Part shown: positions 12,641-26,357 of the stretch, in pieces
How positions within the stretch are numbered: the first letter of the stretch is position 1
Layout of the letters: every line of letters starts with the position of its first letter
From: Ruditapes philippinarum
Taxonomy: Eukaryota
DNA length: 64,000 nt
Reading direction: 5' to 3'
Assembly (NCBI RefSeq): GCF_026571515.1
Contig: NW_026857783.1
Location: 114,878-178,877 of the forward strand
Notes under the pieces: model-generated
Seen by the model: only the letters and a program-made list of their open reading frames with translations
What the model was told of the DNA's origin: nothing
The model's database searches: none
Position numbers and translations under genes: made by a program

Positions 12641-15397
12641 TGCATATGCTTATTTAAAATCATATTTTCTATTTGAAAGGTCAAACAGATATATTTTAGT
12701 AAACGGTAAACATAAACTGTTTATCTAATTTATGTTGCATTTACATCGCATTTATATCATGATGTGTTTGAATTATGGTTGTATGGGTATTTTCAGTGCT
12801 ATTTTCGGCTACTTATCAAAACTTCAAGTCGGCTTGTATAGCCATTGACGAATACTTAGCTGCTAATTATTTAAGCAGTGATTAAAAGTATACAAGGCAT
12901 CAAATTTCTAATTGTCGTCTACAACTTTTTTATTTTTTTCTAATAAAGAAAAGATAGTTGATCAACTAAGTCAATTCATTTTGCAGAAAGTATATATTAA
13001 AAGATTTATAACTTGATTACAGGAACGTGTAATTTGATAATGTTCCAAGGACAGTCTTCAAGCTGCCCGAAAAGGTAACTAATTGTTATACTTCTTTCAT
13101 GCGGTGCGGTGACGGCACCTTGACACCGACTTCAACATTAAAACTTCAGACGAATGATATCTTCGAGTGTTTTTGTTTTCATTTTTTTTGTAATGGTGTA
13201 AGCATTGCCATTCATCGAATGCCAAAAAGTTACCAACATACATGGAAATGTCTGCACGTATAGATGTAAAGTGCAAACGTTTCATACATGTCTAAATAAC
13301 ATGCTTCGGTAACAACATAATTTAAAATGTTGTCGTAGAATATATAAGAAGATAGACAGTTCAAAACTAAACTGGTACTAGTCAAATTAAGTAAAGTTAA
13401 CGAATATTCTGACGGCAAACATTCCGCTGGCTCGACAACATTTATCTATTGATATTCTCAGTATATTTTATGCTCTTCTTATCAAATATTATGAACCAAT
13501 TGCATTTTTCCCTCGCAAGTGATATAAGTACTTGTATCAGATCTGTAACTTTGTCATGTTCCTTAAAAAAAACTAAAGTTATATCTAAAAGGTCCGTCTT
13601 GATTGTTAAAATAGTGAATATCTTTATGGAATATTTCCATTTACTGACTTATTTGTAATAAATGTTTAGCAATTCAATTAAATTTAAATCTAATGTCTTT
13701 TTTTTCAGTTTTACAATATCTAACCTTTTCACACTCTCGAAAATTGATTGATAATATTGATAATTTTTACCTGATTATCTTTTCTTCAAGATTTTTTTTT
13801 TCTCAAAATATTACATTTATTTAATCTCCGCACAATAAATATATCATATTGCAGAATGTATCTCTAATTCTCTATATATGTTTTTACTTCGTATAAATAG
13901 ACCAAAGCAGATTGGTTTGATGACATACGATTCTAAAAATAGAAAAATCTTTAATGACAGTATATCATGATAAGGACAAGAAGTTCGAATCAAATAAATC
14001 AAAGTTTCAGAGCGTTTAATATTTGAAATAAGCCCACATTGAGATAACACATGTTTTTTTTTGGCAATCTTTGTATATATGAAATCAAATCTCTCCGTGA
14101 TGCTTAACCTATTTCATTACTAAAAAAACATGCACATGATTTTTAAAACTATTTATAAAAGTATACAAATGATATCCACATGGAATTAGGAATTGGACTG
14201 CAACTTATGCCTACAACAGATGAAAATGAAACCCCTAATGTTCGTTTAACAAGGCAATATTGAAAGTGCGGCAGCCTGTAAACATGGTAAATAAGCGAAA
14301 AGTTTTTAATACAAGCTACCATTCATACTCCTGTCTTAACAGCTGGTCCTTGATAATCAATACAAAAAACAATGATATACATGTACTTACATATAAAAAT
14401 CACATATCATACCATAAAGTTAAAACATTTTATACTTATTATCAGTTTATCTTTTTTGTTATACAATACATGTACTATGAACTGAGATTTGTTACGTTAG
14501 CCAATACAAATATTTTATTACTTTCACACACTGTACATGTAGTTGACGATTTTAGTTACATGTACCAAAGGCAAATAGATACATGTAGGATGGTCCCCTA
14601 TATATGGTACCACTGTTGTTATTATTTCCAGCAAATTGTACAAATAAAAAGAACTTGTATTTACTATTTTATTGAATTGTGTTTTGTTGTCACATCTTGA
14701 CATTAAAATACACATGTCATTGATAAAATAACTTCATGATTTAAACTAGAAACATCTATGGTCAGTCAGCCATGTTTTGAATGGGAGCTTAAACAGAGAG
14801 CACTATGGTACCGTTGTATGTTAATTGATGGCCCTTTTTGGATTCAGTATAATTTTTGTAACAGAATATGATGTCACTACAGTTTCAGCAGACGACCTTC
14901 ACTTGTCGGAACATGAAATTTTAAGTTCAACCGTTAAATATGGGGCAGCTTCGGATTTTCCTATCAATGACAGAATTTATTTAAAATGAAAAAAATTCTA
15001 TCCAAATTCACAAAAAGCAACACTTCCACTTTCACTTTAATGGTGGAAACAGTATTTGGTGGCATTCAATGTGTAAAGAAACAAATTTTCTGATTACATC
15101 GGAATGGGCAAGGACGCGGTACCCGCGGGGAGTACTATACTTCACGTGTTCGTCCGTCAATTTTGTATAAAACTATACATCTGCTTAAAAAACTGTTTGA
15201 ATTTTAAAAAACGAATTCTTCCAAAATTCTTGTATGAAATAAATATGGTAGAAAATTGCCTTAAAAAGTGAACGGCACTGTTAAACTTAAATTAGTAAGT
15301 AGAATAATATTTTGTTCCAGAACGTTTTATTCTGTTAACGTAAAATAGTCATGTGTGATAAATAACAGAGATGAGTTATATTACAACTGACAAATTT

Positions 15398-15630
15398 GAG
15401 CCGCGTCACGACAAAACCAACATAATGGGTTTGCGACCAGCATGGATCTAGACCAGCCTGCGCATGCGCGCAGTCTGATCAGGATCCATGATGTTCGCTA
15501 TCACTTTCTCAACTTGTTATAGGGTTTGTAAGCGAACAGCATGGATCCTGATCAGACTGCGCGGGCGCAGGCTGGTCTGGATCCATGCTTGTCGCAAACA
15601 CACTATGTTGGTTTTGTCATGGCGCGGCCC
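15398..15630. mobile_element. Palindromic MITE, copy 3
   Basis: Same family as 7829-8063. Confidence 0.85.
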
Positions 15631-16149
15631 ATATAATTTTACTTGATACAATATTTTAAAAGATATAGCTTTAGAGAAAGCAGAAATATATCGTGGTCAC
15701 TTATTATTGAACTGAATAGATATAACATTTGATAATCTAAGTGAATAAAACTGTTAATCAAAGTTATTTCATAATAACGTTTTTTACTATGAAGTACGCA
15801 TTACGATATTTATTTGTTTATACTAAAATTATTTCAAAAAAGGATATAAAATGAAGTACGTATTACGGTATTCATTCGGTTTCGTTTTGAATAAAATGCA
15901 TGCAATCATGCAGTCAAGTACGTTTACAGCCAGATCTCAAAGCAATATTGTATAATAAGAATATCACATTAATATAAATATTCATAAGTTTTCTTGTATA
16001 TATCAAAATATACATAAAATGTTATGAGGAAAATTAAGGAATACAAGAAATAGTGTGGCAATTATTTCAAATTGTTTGAGAAGAACATATTTAGATGTCT
16101 AACGCTCATATATCACTTCGTATTCAACACTTCATGTACACATATACAT

Positions 16150-16340
16150 TAATTAGAAACCAACCATCCTGAGCTGTTAATTCAAAGTTTGAAAGTTTAT
16201 TCGTAAATCAGTACAAAAACCTTGGCCACACATTTATACACACTCTTATAATTAGAAACCAAACATCATCGTGAGCTGTTAATTCAAAGTTTATTCGTAA
16301 ATCAGTACAAAAACCTTTGGCCACATATATATACACACAC
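16150..16340. repeat. Two tandem copies of a unit of about 100 bp
   Basis: attagaaaccaa(c/a)cat..tgagctgttaattcaaagttt...attcgtaaatcagtacaaaaacctt.ggccaca appears twice in succession. Confidence 0.8.
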
Positions 16341-16765
16341 ATACACATAAAAGTCAAGACAATATCATTACATTTTAACATATGTTCAATACATTTCAAA
16401 TCAAAATACAAGATCACAAAAAATGAAAGACGTGAACAGAAGTTAATAAGCGGGTAAAAGAACCCGAAAGTTTTTTAAATGATATTTTTAACAGTTGTGC
16501 AGTTGTAGTTTTTTTCTATGAAATATGTTCAATATTAAACCAGATTTGATTCTTTTGAAGAGGATTTTAATCAATTCAATAATTCTCTTTGGTAAAAACT
16601 GAAATAGTTTATCTTTTATTTAAACTATGATAAGATATGCAATATAAAGTAAGAAACGAAGGCCCAAGCCTTGATGCATTAGGCTTCGTGAATTTATATA
16701 TAAATGACACTTGAAGTGTGCCATATTATTTACAATATATCAGGTAATATAGTTAAAAGTTATTT

Positions 16766-17233
16766 TCAGAGTTGAATTTTCGTTCCATTCATCAAAAGCA
16801 AGAATCGTTCGACAACCTTCGATTCTTTCGGAGATTCTGGATCTCCGTGTTCTTCTACCCCAAATCCAGTAATGAAAACATTAGAAACAATTATCAGAAG
16901 CACTAAAATATTTCCAAATTTGTCTAGTCTTTCGGAAAGAATTCGTCGGCTTTCATCCACTGGGTGATTCTCCTTTGGGGACTCCGCTAGGTGCTCTTGC
17001 AGCTTCTTTTCTATGGACCAAATAATCAACATGCATACTGTGAATACCACTTGCAGCACTATAGAACAACAAATGAACGCCAGGAGAATGAAGTAATATT
17101 TGTCCCCCTTGTCCATAGAGAGAAGAGATTTTAATTGAGACACATTGGCCATCAGGAGAGCCACGTCCATCAGTTGATGAATAAAGTTTCGTTTACCAAC
17201 ATAAATGTTGGGGGCACCGGTACTTTCCAAGTC
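16766..17233 (-). CDS. Ninjurin-like paralogue C, last exon (DLESTGAPNIYVGKRNFIHQLMDVALLMANVSQLKSLL...ILVLLIIVSNVFITGFGVEE...)
   Basis: Acceptor caatttcag on the minus strand (plus 17234-17242). This paralogue gives the best NINJ1 match: KRNFIHQLMDVALLMANVSQLKSL versus human KKSAAESMLDIALLMANASQLKAV, and LIIVSNVFITGFGV versus IIVVVNIFITAFGV. Stop codon at 16766-16768. Confidence 0.85.
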   Translation of the reverse strand, partial: DLESTGAPNIYVGKRNFIHQLMDVALLMANVSQLKSLLSMDKGDKYYFILLAFICCSIVLQVVFTVCMLIIWSIEKKLQEHLAESPKENHPVDESRRILSERLDKFGNILVLLIIVSNVFITGFGVEEHGDPESPKESKVVERFLLLMNGTKIQL

Positions 17234-17399
17234 CTGAAATTGAAAACATTGTTTTAAAATCGGAGTAAAGTATATAGAAAGAGAGAGTGTGCTCACAAAT
17301 TAATTACATCAAACGTAGAAAATCACTTTTCTGGTAAAAAAAAGAAAGATATTATTTCAAACCAATAAAAATCATCCAGTAAAACACTTTAACACCGTT

Positions 17400-17625
17400 T
17401 CAGACTTTATTTCCAGCATATTACTGTACTTGTTCCTCTCTAAAGTATCGCTTTACAACACATTTTCTTAAACTTTTTTTTCTGGCTTAAGTCTCTTCTT
17501 AAACTATATTCTATGAATTTCAACATAATTTTTGCCCTTTTTCTAAAGCTCGCTTTACAACACATTTTCTTAAACCTTTTTTCTGGCTAAAGTCTCTCCT
17601 ATATTCTATGAATCCCTTACATATA
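17400..17625. repeat. Two tandem copies of a unit of about 110 bp, in the intron of ninjurin-like C
   Basis: cgctttacaacacattttcttaaac(t)ttttttctggct(t)aagtctc(t)tc...tattctatgaat is duplicated. Confidence 0.75.
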
Positions 17626-17684
17626 CCTTTTATAAAGTTAGCGATAATGCACTATTTACATTTTTGGTTCCTAGTGATACTTAC

Positions 17685-17876
17685 TTTGAATCCTATATCG
17701 GCCTCGTCTTGAGCAACATCAGCGCTGTCTTTATCGTCTGCTTCTACCTTTGGTATTATATCATGTTTATCCTCTAAGATACCCATCCTTATTCCTTCAA
17801 CGCCGCTTTTATCGTCTGCTCCATAAAACGCGTCATTGTTATGTTCCCTTTTCGGCTTCTTACTTTTTAACGCCAT
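17685..17876 (-). CDS. Ninjurin-like paralogue C, first coding exon (MALKSKKPKREHNNDAFYGADDKSGVEGIRMGILEDKHDIIPKVEADDKDSADVAQDEADIGFK)
   Basis: ATG at minus-strand position 17876. Donor AAA|gtaagt. Phase 0, joining DLESTG... at 17233. The joined protein is about 219 aa. Confidence 0.65.
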
Positions 17877-20800
17877 ATTTTGGAGTAATGAAACCGGATA
17901 AACTGGGACGTAATTTATCCCTGTAGTGAAATGCTGGTGACGCTAGAAAAATATAATATAAGTTTATAATAGTTCAGTTATACAGTCAAACTGGATTTAG
18001 GGACCATCATTGAACAAAAACTACATGTTTATAATCTTTTAAAATAGTCTAAAATTTCAGTTTCTCATTGTAATGACCAGAGTAAAAGAACTTTAATCAT
18101 ACCACGTTGTATATCACTTCATATTTAAGGGACAAAGACATTATTTTTACATCAATTGCTAGAAATAATTCTCTTTTTTCCATAAATTTTAATGGAATAA
18201 AGCGCATCCTCCGAATCGAGGTCAAATGCGATACGCAATCCTTAAATACATACTTGTCATGGCCACACTTTAGAAACTTCAACTCTTCCCCATAGCTCAA
18301 AATTAAAGATTGGAAATAGAAAAATCCATTTAAAATCATAAGTTATTTTGAAGTTGAAACAAATCCTGTAAAAAATATTAATCAAGCCACCATTAAAAAC
18401 GAATCATGTGGAATGGTAGTATTTTTCTTACACGAAATGCAATTTGATTTAATGCAGGGCTCAAATCAAGAGTATATAATAAATATTCATTTATTTATAA
18501 TAAAAAGACGCCTCCTTTGCACCACGCCAGAACTAATTACATGTTAAGTATAAGCATAAAGAGGCCATATTTTAATACAATTTACAGCGTTTAGGTATGT
18601 TGATGTCATGCATGCTTATTTTAAGCATACGTTTTCAAAACGCAACATGGTTTCGTATCAGTGTACAACTAAAACGATAAAGTTAAATAAACTAGATTTA
18701 GATAGGACCTTAAAGATAAAAATAGGACAGTGTTCTTTAACAAAATGTATATAAAACATAATATTTAATTAGTTTAAATAAGACGAAATAATTCACGAAA
18801 TCTTCAATAAAGCAAAATTATTATTTATGACTATCAGCAGTAAGTACTTACCGGTATATTAATGAATAACTTAACTAAATTAATAAAATGTACAATTTGA
18901 AAAACAAATCGGTGATGTTTAAATATTATATCCCAATTTTAAGATATACTGAGAATATGCCTGCAAAAAAATAATCAAATGACTTACCGTTATTTGATTT
19001 CAATTATAGAATTTCACGCTACAGATTTTCTAGTCTGGCATCAAGGAGGTTTGCCGTTTTTCGGTTTTCTTCATTTGTCTTAATATAGTGTAGTAGTAAT
19101 AATAATAATGATATCCCAATATAAAGAGTGATAATTTTATTTTAAAATCCAAATTTATTTTTAGTACTTATTTGCTGACATAAATTGACCTCATTTTTTA
19201 TCATAATGATTAGGTCAAAATAACAAATCATTGTATTATCAATAAATTGTTTACATTTCTTCACTGCACTTTCCTGTTGTTAGGTACAACGTTGTGGCGC
19301 ACACATACTGGGTCAGATAAAAACTGCTATATTACGGCCAAAAGATAAAATTAACTGCGTCGCACACAAAGTTTCAACACTTTAATCCCTTTGAACTAAC
19401 ATAAGCAGACAATAATAAAAAATACTACTCAAGGAGGGATAAAGAACACTGTCTTACATTCGTCCCTAACAGTAGTAGTTTAGATACCGAACCCCTCTCC
19501 CCTTCTCACACACACAAAACGGGTCTTACAAGAAAAGCAGCCCTTCCCGCTCCTTTGCTGAAAACGATGTGTTTTGGTTTGGGATGCTTAAAAGAGATCC
19601 ACTAAAAACCGTAGATCGGAGTGATATCAAAAATATTAAGCCGTAATTATAATGATGTCTACATGAAGACAAGATAATGACTTTATAAATGATATAACAA
19701 CCATTTTACAAGGTGAACTGATAAAAAGTTGCTGCTATGATACAGTTGTATCGGTGCAAATAATGACACGTTTTTGTTATTATCATTAAAACGGGTTCAA
19801 TGGTGTCACATTTTTTGTCCTGTACTAAGATTTGACGGTATAACGATTATTTCAGTGCCGAGTGACAACAATCTGGTAATACTGTTAAATCATTTCAAGC
19901 CCACCACGATCATTATAGTCCCGGAAGGAAATTTTTGGGAATAGTTCAGTACAATAATAAAACAAAAGCGTCGTTCTGGTCCTGTTATAGCTCACCTGGA
20001 TAAAATCGGATACTTCTATAAAGGCCCATTAAGCCCATGAAATGCTATCATTTCTGATTTTTTAAACCTTTTTTTATATTTTAATCTTATTATAGTTTCC
20101 AAAACAATACGCATTGGCTATATACATGATATAGATTAACTATCTTCCGCTACTTTTGGTCTTTGGCAAATGACATAAGTCTAGAGAGTTAGCATTTAGT
20201 ATGGAACTCAAAATACTACTTTGTTTATATTTTCCTACATTTACAACACATGACTGAACTTTCAACACTTCTTTCTGCCATTGTTTAACATCTAAAACGC
20301 TCTAAAATCATTATTTAAATATTATAGAACACATATTTTACCTTTCTAGAGAATTAAAAAAAATACTGATTTCAGAGGCGTAATGTGCCATTAAAAAGAT
20401 AATAATGATTTTACAAAATAAGTGGCCCCATGGACTAGAGAGCAGCCATTATTTAAATTAAAGCTTTGTCACAAGGAAGTGACGAATAACCCCACCAGTT
20501 GACAGTAGATTTATTTAAATGTATACATTTTTTAGAAAAATAATTAAGCAATTAGATCTCATAGTTGCATACAGCAAATTATCCCACATTCGAGCCAAGT
20601 TTAAAGATAAAAACTCACAGTGGTATAGGATTTATAAAGTGGATACAGAGTGGATACAAAATTGTCCAATATTTGACTTTCTGCTATCTAACTTTAAGCT
20701 ATGACAGTGACTTTTAGCTGGCGCAATATGCACATTGCCATGTTGATTGGAACAAAAGGAACATTATCCTTCAGAAAAGAATAAATCCTTACTTCTCTTG

Positions 20801-21409
20801 AAAGGGCAAGCATGCATGAGTTTTAAAAGTTTAGATAATGGTTTTCGAGCAGTTAAATTCTTTATCACATGAAGAAAGTAAAAAGACTGTGAAATTGTAT
20901 GTTTATGTCATATACATGTATATAGCAAAATGTAATCAAAGTAGTACTTTGGCTTCCGTACCAAAGACTAAATCACTGTAACTGTATTTCTTGTCAAAAT
21001 GCCATAGAAGCAAATGATGTTTCAGGAAACTGGCCATTATTATTTTTAACTATAAAAGGACATAAAAAAATTTGAGAAATAAAAAATAAAAAAATTTTGT
21101 TACATATTGGACAGTTAGGGAATGTCCTTGATTTGTTGTAGGATTTTTTAGAGTGGGCATATTTGACATTTAACCTTTAACTGTGACCTAACCATGACCC
21201 GGAACAAGGGTGGCATTGGTTTTGCACATCGCCTTTTTCAGATGTACATTATAAACAAGGTAAAGAAAATCCTTGAAAGATAATAGGATCTGTAAAATGG
21301 ACATGACTTTGTCTGAAAATTGGCTGCCTGATATTTAACCTTCAAGTGTGACATTGACCTTCAGTCTACACAAGGATGACACGTGTTCTGCACATTGCCT
21401 TCGTATTAA

Positions 21410-22035
21410 CCTTTTACCCCACGAGCATATTGCGAAAAATGGCCGTTTTCATTGAAAAGCCTCCTGTAACAAGTTCAAACTGCTATGAAACTATGAAAAA
21501 TGCTTCAATACTGATGAAACTTGGCACAAATGTTGACTACACCATAGCCTCTGTAACAGCATGCTCAATCGTAAATTTCCTGTTACCATGGCAACGGGGG
21601 GACGTCTCAAAATTGCCAAAAATCACTATAATTTTGCATTGTTTTTTTCCATCAAAACTGATTTCAAAGTGCTGCAACTTCTCAATGAATTGAGATAGAG
21701 TAAAAGACTTTTCAGCGTCGGTTACTAGTTACCCTAAGATCGACCTGAGGCCATTTTTAGCCTGTCACATGTCCAAAATTTTCTTGGTGATGAGGGGGAC
21801 TCCGCCCCCTTCAAACCCCCCAAACAGAAGGAGGCATATCCCCCTTCTGGCAACCCCCTGATGTAACATTTGGATGGGGGACCGCGCCGAAAAAGTGGTC
21901 ATTTTTTTAACAACATTTTTCAAACGAAAAACAGTATTTGGGGCCTAAATAGGACATTTTTTCACTGTTTGAGGCCTCAAAAAGGTGGGGGGGGGGCAAA
22001 AAGCCGTCGAAACACGCTTATATGAGGGAAAAGGA
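21410..22035. mobile_element. piggyBac-like non-autonomous element (MITE) of about 625 bp, copy 1; the 3' end is degraded
   Basis: It begins TTAA|ccttttaccccacgagcatattg directly after a TTAA. It is about 85% identical over its whole length to 33316-33941. The interior carries ..ttcaaaccccccaaacagaag..ccccttctgg.. and a (G)10 tract. The 105-aa ORF at 21376-21693 lies inside the repeat. Confidence 0.7.
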
Positions 22036-23069
22036 TAACAAAATATGATGAAAAACCGTGGAATTACCCAAAAACTTGATTTTCCATGTTAACACATGCC
22101 CTAACACTGAATTTCTGTGAAAACTTGTTGTTTTTTTCACATTTTTTTAATTAACATTTGAGCTCAGTTTGAAAAGAATCCTTATTGGGGTATATGACTT
22201 ATAGAGTCGGCTTCCTGACATTCAATTTTGAAGAAAATCATTCGAATGGTATAGGAAATTGACTTGAAATCATTTATTCTTAAACTGTGAGTTTGAGCCA
22301 GCATAGGGATTGGTTTCCATCAGTGTACAATCGGTCAACTAAAATTATTGTATCACACAAGGGCTACATAGTACTATCTATTAGTGACTATTAATACTTA
22401 TTGTATGATGACAACGCACAAATATAAACACAAAGGAAGGCAAGATACTTCAAAATGCAAATATTTATGAGTGATTATAAATAATCTTTAATTGAGGGAA
22501 CAGATCATTAACATTCTTAATGATACAAAGTGTCCCACATATGGGGGCATGCTATTATATATTTAAGTCAATGCTACATGCCATATATCTAAGCTCTAGG
22601 CAATAATATTTATGAGTTTACTAAAACAGTTTATATAAACTTATTGTCCATCCTTGAGGAGGTAATTTTGACCCCCTTGGGAAAAAGAATTATTTAACTT
22701 TTGCAGAGAATTAAAAGATGGTGGTGCTACAAGCCAAATATCTATGCTATGACACTGATGTTTATGAGAATATTTTTTCAAGATATTTTTCAAGATATGT
22801 CACTTCATAAGTTAACTAGCCTATGAAGTCTTAGTGAAAATTCTGCTAGTTGCATATACTTCTATATGTAATTAAATATGGAAAAGAAATTATTTAACTT
22901 ATCTATAATAAATTAAAAGGTTATTGGGGTGGGGGACAACACCAGGAAAACACCAGGTCAGTAATTACTACTGATCTATTAATCAGAGCACCTAAGAATT
23001 TTATCAATTATCTTTCATTCAAACACATTTACTCTTAAGATTAACAAATCAAAAAATTTTTTTTTCTTA

Positions 23070-23623
23070 TCAAGAACAGCTCTTGTCTAATTGCCTTAAA
23101 TCAATAGGTGCCAGATTTTGTTTGTGTATATTACAAGAATGCTTTTTTATATTTCCTGCAACTGACGACGTGTACTCGCACATCGGACATTTAAAAGGCT
23201 TCTCTTTGGTATGCACACGTTCATGCTGTTTTAAAATCGTAACATTGAAGAAACCTTTGCCACATTCTTTGCAAACAAACTTTCTATTCTTATCGAAATG
23301 CCTGCGTTTGTGTGACCGTAATGCAAACTTAGTCTTCAAAACTTTTCCGCAGATGTCACAAACAGACTCCTCTTGTTCATGAACCTTAATTTTATGCTGG
23401 TGTGCTGCTTTTGTAGTCTTAAATAGTTTTCCACAAATTTCACACGGGTGTATATGAAGAGCTTTCAACTCCTCTTCATTTTTACCACATGACAATTCTT
23501 TATGACTTTTGAAGTTTTCGTATTTGGTCATATGTTTGCCACAGGTTTCGCACTGGTAACTGTTCAGACGCCAAATACTATCCATGTGCTGTTTCTCACG
23601 TTTGTGCTTATAAAGGTCTCGAT
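23070..23623 (-). CDS. C2H2 zinc-finger protein, last exon (about 5 complete fingers plus the C-terminal half of a split finger); stop at 23070
   Basis: Repeated C-x2-C-x12-H-x3-5-H units (CEICGKLFKTTKAAHQHKIKVH, CDICGKVLKTKFALRSHKRRH, CKECGKGFFNVTILKQHERVH ...). Acceptor ctacatgcag in phase 1. The leading YRDLYKHKREKQH completes the finger begun by CPICGEEFEG in the upstream exon. Confidence 0.8.
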
Positions 23624-23689
23624 CTGCATGTAGAAAACATAGAAAAGTTATTAAACAATAGAATAAGTACAATCTGTGATCACTTTCTT

Positions 23690-24364
23690 TAGAAATAACA
23701 ATGTATGTTCTTAATTCTACAAATGTTCTTTGCAGTCATTCACTACTCAACATAATGTAATAACCATTTATGTTCTTAATTCTAGAGATGTTCTTTGAAG
23801 TCATTCACTACTCAACATAATGTAATAACCATGAATGTTCTTAATTCTAGAGATGTTCTTAACAAACATTCTCTACTCAACATAATATAATAACCATTTA
23901 TGTTCTTAATTCTACAAATGTTCTTTGAAGTCATTCACTACTCAACATAATGTAATAACCATGAATGTTCTTAATTCTAGAGATGTTCTTTACAAACATT
24001 CTTTACTCAACATAATGTAATAACCATGAATGTTCTTAATTCTAGAGATGTTCTTAACAAACATTCTCTACTCAACATAATATAATAACCATTTATGTTC
24101 TTAATTCTACAAATGTTCTTTGAAGTCATTCACTACTCAACATAATGTAATAACCATGAATGTTCTTAATTCTAGAGATGTTCTTTACAAACATTCTTTA
24201 CTCAACATAATGTAATAACCATGAATGTTCTTAATTCTAGAGATGTTCTTAACAAACATTCTCTACTCAACATAATGTAATAACCATTTATGTTCTTAAT
24301 TCTAGAGATGTTCTTTACAGACATTCACTACTCAACATAATGTAATAACCATTTATGTTCTTAA
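23690..24364. repeat. Satellite with a 65-bp unit (about 10 copies); proximal block of an array split by an insertion
   Basis: The unit ttctacaaatgttctttgaagtcattcactactcaacataatgtaataaccatgaatgttcttaa is repeated head to tail. The block starts 70 bp upstream of the ZNF exon acceptor and lies in the ZNF intron. Confidence 0.9.
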
Positions 24365-26357
24365 GGTGACAACGGAGTCAATTATCACTGAAAATACCTA
24401 AAATGAGATTTTTTGCTTAGTATATTTATCAACCTTTTCTGAACACATTCGTGATTTAATTTTGGAAGCAGTTAGTCCAAAAAATGTGTTTTTAAACGTT
24501 TTAAAACGGTACCTGTACTATTTTTATCTGCTATCGCGTAACCTGTCAATTATCGATAACGCTCCGCCCCCTGTTGAGGCATCAATGAGGGAAATCGGTA
24601 GTTCCATATATGCGTGAATTACCGGTCCATACTGGTCCATACTACTCGTAATTCATGTATCGTACAAATACCGTACATCTTTTATGAATATCGTCTACCT
24701 TTTATTTAGCCTTTTTTATAAAATAAGAAATTGTCGGCCAATGTACGTAACATAATGTATGAAACATAAAATTAAATAATTAAGCATAGCGACAAATCGC
24801 ACGACCACGGGGTTGATTAAAAATATAGTTGCTAAAATATCCATAATGTGTGAAAATAATTTGTCTGTCCCGTTAATCTGATAGATATTACATTGAGTTT
24901 ATGGACTTTTGTACGGATTCAAGGGCTTGCTTTACATTCAACCTCGTTTTCTAACAATGTCAAGTAAAACAACAACAAAAGCAGACAACATTTTTTATGT
25001 GAACGCCTATATGACTTGTGGTAAGGTCTCCCTGACAAATTTCTAAACCATTTTAGGTTGTCTAAGGATGATTATTTCTCTATGAATCAATAAAAAAAGA
25101 TAATAAAATAAATTATCAGTGAATGCTTTGAATAAATTGTTCGCTAGTAAATCGAACACAGTACTAATAAACCTGGGAGAAAGTTTGGAATTTATTGTAT
25201 ATCCCAGTAGAAACTGGATCTCTATGCCGTGCATAGATGATTTCCATGATAATAGAAGTCAAGAAGGTCAGATCATAATGATCGAGTGATACCTTTTATT
25301 TCTATTAAAATATGTGAAGCATTTATATCAATTTGGAGGAAAAAATATATAAAATCCCGTTCTTATTTGTACATCTACCATGGACTTTAAAATACTGTCA
25401 GAAGCTCAGTTTTTTTGTTATTTTAATTTATATTTTAACGGAATTTCATACACGAGTACACAGATAGAGTGACACTGGTATAATATAATAATAATGCTGA
25501 TGATAATAATAATAAACTTTAAATGTGAAACAATTAAATACCCCGCTAGCGGTGCACAAATACGTCCCATTTCCCCCCACCGAGTGCCTCAAATTTTACC
25601 GAAAGTCACGTGACATGTGCAACCGATACCAGACTAACGGTAAATCACGTTAAGATGTGAAGAAATTTCTGTTATAAACTGATATTAATCAGCAACTTTT
25701 TAATTGGTCAGATGTCACTGGGTCATAAAATGTTGTTAGTGTATGTTACCGCAACTTGTGACCCTCTCTGGTGCGATATTTGTGTATTATGTAATTATTT
25801 AGCGTGAAACGTAGGGGTCCGAGAGAGAACAGCCAATTTATGACACTTCGTTTGATGCGGATCGGACTAACTTTGAATCGGCATAACTTTTTTAATAATC
25901 AAGCAATTAACATGCGGTTTAAAGCACATGAAGGGGAATTCATTTACGGAGGGAACCGTATCAGGGATTTTTGTTTGCTCAATCAGCGACTTAATTATCT
26001 TTAATTACGTAATATGTATGGTGAAAAAAGTCGCATAAAATGTTTGACGTTACGTAATATTTTTTTGAGAAAAGATAGACAAAATTTGAGACACGGTTCC
26101 CCAGATATTATAAGTATGTTTATTTTCCAAAAGTTTGATGACACAAAAATAAAAAATGACTTTGATATGACGATTTAAAATTTTAGGATTTTTATTAAAA
26201 ATCAATCATTTACAAAGACATTTTTTTCAAATATGTTATTTTTTATGATGATCAACGACATTTAATGCACAAAGATTAAATAAATAACAATTATTACTAG
26301 AATAAGTTGGTTTAAATGACATTTATGTGATTACCACGGAAAGTGTCTGTTGTCACC
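24365..26357. mobile_element. A 1993-bp TIR element inserted into the satellite; it is flanked by a TTAA target-site duplication and has the 9-bp TIR GGTGACAAC...GTTGTCACC
   Basis: Left junction ...atgttc TTAA|ggtgacaacggag. Right junction ctgttgtcacc|TTAA ttctacaaatg. The satellite unit continues in register across the insertion, with the TTAA of the unit gttcTTAAttcta duplicated. No intact transposase ORF is present, so the element is non-autonomous. Confidence 0.75.

Noticed and set aside
14260-14700. 146-aa ORF MKVRQPVNMVNKRK...
   Set aside because: The composition is AT-rich junk with runs of Y, I, F and N. It has no domain-like pattern and no splice context. It is probably a chance ORF.
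18097-18339. 80-aa and 62-aa ORFs on opposite strands
   Set aside because: They have no domain-like features, no splice or promoter context and AT-rich composition. They are treated as chance ORFs.
21376-21693. 105-aa ORF MTRVLHIAFVLTFYPTSILRK...
   Set aside because: It lies inside the piggyBac-like MITE, which has a second copy at 33316-33941 with a different frame. It is a repeat, not a gene.
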